From contig JABMQM010000339.1 in assembly GCA_013203195.1 (NCBI GenBank), positions 1-27,049 of the forward strand: DNA of 27,049 bases. Reading direction: 5' to 3'. Source of the stretch: Desulfobacteraceae bacterium. GTDB lineage: Bacteria > Desulfobacterota > Desulfobacteria > Desulfobacterales > UBA11574. Within the stretch, counting starts at the first letter, position 1. Each line of letters opens with the position of its first letter. The notes beneath the pieces were generated by a model. It made no database searches. It saw nothing but the letters and a program-made list of their open reading frames with translations, and was not told the origin of the DNA. Positions 25,591 through 27,049 of this stretch are shown piece by piece. Position numbers and translations under genes: made by a program.

Positions 25591-26928
25591 ATGAAAGGCA
25601 AAATTCCGGTGCGAGGATCTAAAAAACAGAGTGGAGGTCGGATTTCTCTTTGCATGATAACAAGGGATGAAGAACATTTTCTGGCCCAGTGCTTTAATAG
25701 TGTTAAGCCCTTGGTGGATGAAATAATCGTTGTTGACACGGGCTCAACTGACCGAACTGTTGATATCGCCGGAAGCTATGGGGCCAAAATTTATCACCAT
25801 GTATGGGAAGATGACTACAGCAAACACCGCAACCAATCCATCTCTTATGCTACCGGAGAATGGATTTTAATTATGGATGCCGATGAGGTGATTGCGTCCA
25901 GGGATGTTGGTAGGGTAAGGGCGATTTTAAACTCAGTGCATGCAGAAGGTTTTTTGTTTACCCTGAGAAACTATGAAAATAAATTTGATTTGGCCAATCT
26001 ACAGATAAATCCAAACGACTATGAAGAAGGTAAGGGCTATCCCGGGTTTATCCCTCAAGATTTGATCCGCCTTTTTAAAAACGATCCGGACATCTATTTT
26101 ACCGGAAAAGTTCATGAGACGGTAACGAAATTATTTCAGGAGTCGGGGAAGTTGGTTTGCAATACAGGTATTCCAATCCATCACTATGGCAAGGTTAGAA
26201 AAGATCGACTTTATCAAAAACAGCAAATCTATCTAAGGCTAGGAGAAGATAAGGTCAGGGAAAATCCCGATGAGCCCATGGCCTACAAATATTTAGCAGA
26301 TCAATATCTGGAGTTGGGAATGCCGGATAGTGCCTTAGAGGTGACAGACAAAGGACTTGCCCTTTTCCCGGATATGATTGAGCTCCATTTTAACCGAGGT
26401 CTAGCCTTGAGTAGAATGCAGCAATTAAGGGAAGCAAAAATTGAATACCAGTGGGTTCTTGATAGGAAACCGGAGCATCTGGGGGCTTGTCATAACTTGG
26501 CCCAAATATACTTTAGTGAAGATCAGTTTAAAGAAGTTGTTGAGTTGTTGACCAAAGGAATAGATTTGGGACTTTGTCATCCCGCGGTTTATTTTCTTTT
26601 AGGCCGGGTTTATGATGCTGCCGGGAATTGGGAGAAATCCCTGGAACAATTTGACCGTGCGTTGGAGATTCAACCAAATTGTCCGGATGTCAACTGTTAT
26701 AAGGCAGTAATATTTTTAAATAGAAATATGTATGACACAGCTTTGAATGCCCTTGAAAAGGAGATCGAAATCAGCGGTAACCTGGCAGGTGCATACACCC
26801 TCTTGGGCCAGATGAGCCACGAGCTCAAAGATTTAAAGAGCGCTGTCCAATTTTTTCAAAAAGTTCTTACCATAAAGCCCGATGACCCCACCGCAAAAAA
26901 TTACTTGCGACAAAATGCGGGTCAATAG
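25591..26928 (+). CDS. GT2 glycosyltransferase with C-terminal TPR repeats
   Basis: ISLCMITRDEE, IVVDTGSTD, WEDDYSKHRN, ILIMDADE, GKVHE and IHHYG motifs, then multiple TPRs. Confidence 0.9.
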   Translation: MKGKIPVRGSKKQSGGRISLCMITRDEEHFLAQCFNSVKPLVDEIIVVDTGSTDRTVDIAGSYGAKIYHHVWEDDYSKHRNQSISYATGEWILIMDADEVIASRDVGRVRAILNSVHAEGFLFTLRNYENKFDLANLQINPNDYEEGKGYPGFIPQDLIRLFKNDPDIYFTGKVHETVTKLFQESGKLVCNTGIPIHHYGKVRKDRLYQKQQIYLRLGEDKVRENPDEPMAYKYLADQYLELGMPDSALEVTDKGLALFPDMIELHFNRGLALSRMQQLREAKIEYQWVLDRKPEHLGACHNLAQIYFSEDQFKEVVELLTKGIDLGLCHPAVYFLLGRVYDAAGNWEKSLEQFDRALEIQPNCPDVNCYKAVIFLNRNMYDTALNALEKEIEISGNLAGAYTLLGQMSHELKDLKSAVQFFQKVLTIKPDDPTAKNYLRQNAGQ

Positions 26929-26936
26929 CCTGACCC

Positions 26937-26964
26937 GGACAAGCCCGCCGGAGGCGGACAAGCC
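26937..26964. repeat. REP-like mini-hairpin CCGCC-GGA-GGCGG flanked by GGACAAGCC direct repeats
   Basis: GGACAAGCC at 26937-26945 and 26956-26964. GGACAAGC also ends the element at 3865-3872. Confidence 0.55.
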
Positions 26965-27020
26965 GCAAGCCCAACAAAAAATATCTTATCACGAAAACCA
27001 TTGCCAGTATTGGCTGATTA

Positions 27021-27048
27021 TGGATACTGGTTCCTGGATACTGGATGT
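27021..27048. repeat. Heptamer tandem array (TGGATAC-type x4, truncated by the window end)
   Basis: TGGATAC, TGGTTCC, TGGATAC, TGGATGT in register. Confidence 0.65.
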
Positions 27049-27049
27049 C

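Noticed and set aside
866-25739. Numerous short alternative-frame and antisense ORFs in the track (e.g. 15483-15998 minus, 171 aa; 3408-3818 minus; 18802-19173 minus)
   Set aside because: All overlap well-supported CDSs and show no recognisable motifs or RBS; treated as shadow ORFs.

Overview
A 27-kb, entirely plus-strand protein-glycosylation island, most likely for flagellin and most likely from a Desulfobacterota/deltaproteobacterium (taxonomy inferred, not shown). It has 18 CDSs in three modules, each preceded by a near-perfect sigma-54 (-24/-12) promoter. Module 1 (811-7964) holds five glycosyltransferases (GTs) behind a structured leader of about 520 nt. Module 2 (8206-20818) is a pseudaminic acid pathway (pseB, pseC, SpsF-type cytidylyltransferase, pseG-pseH fusion, pseI). 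It is interleaved with six extra tailoring functions: FemAB-like GNAT, B12 radical SAM, Gfo/Idh/MocA oxidoreductase, class III aminotransferase fused to the cytidylyltransferase, SAM methyltransferase and PIG-L deacetylase. Module 3 (21229-26928) holds a Maf transferase and two TPR-GT2 proteins. The main oddity is that PseB, the first pathway enzyme, carries an in-frame N-terminal MerR-type HTH domain. In addition, an identical 14-nt box (TTGAAAGTTGAATT) follows the sigma-54 promoters of modules 2 and 3. Together these suggest an enzyme-regulator feedback circuit, which is a hypothesis only. Intergenic gaps contain heptamer tandem arrays and small REP-like hairpins. No flagellin, flippase, polymerase, rRNA, tRNA, CRISPR array or transposase was recognised.
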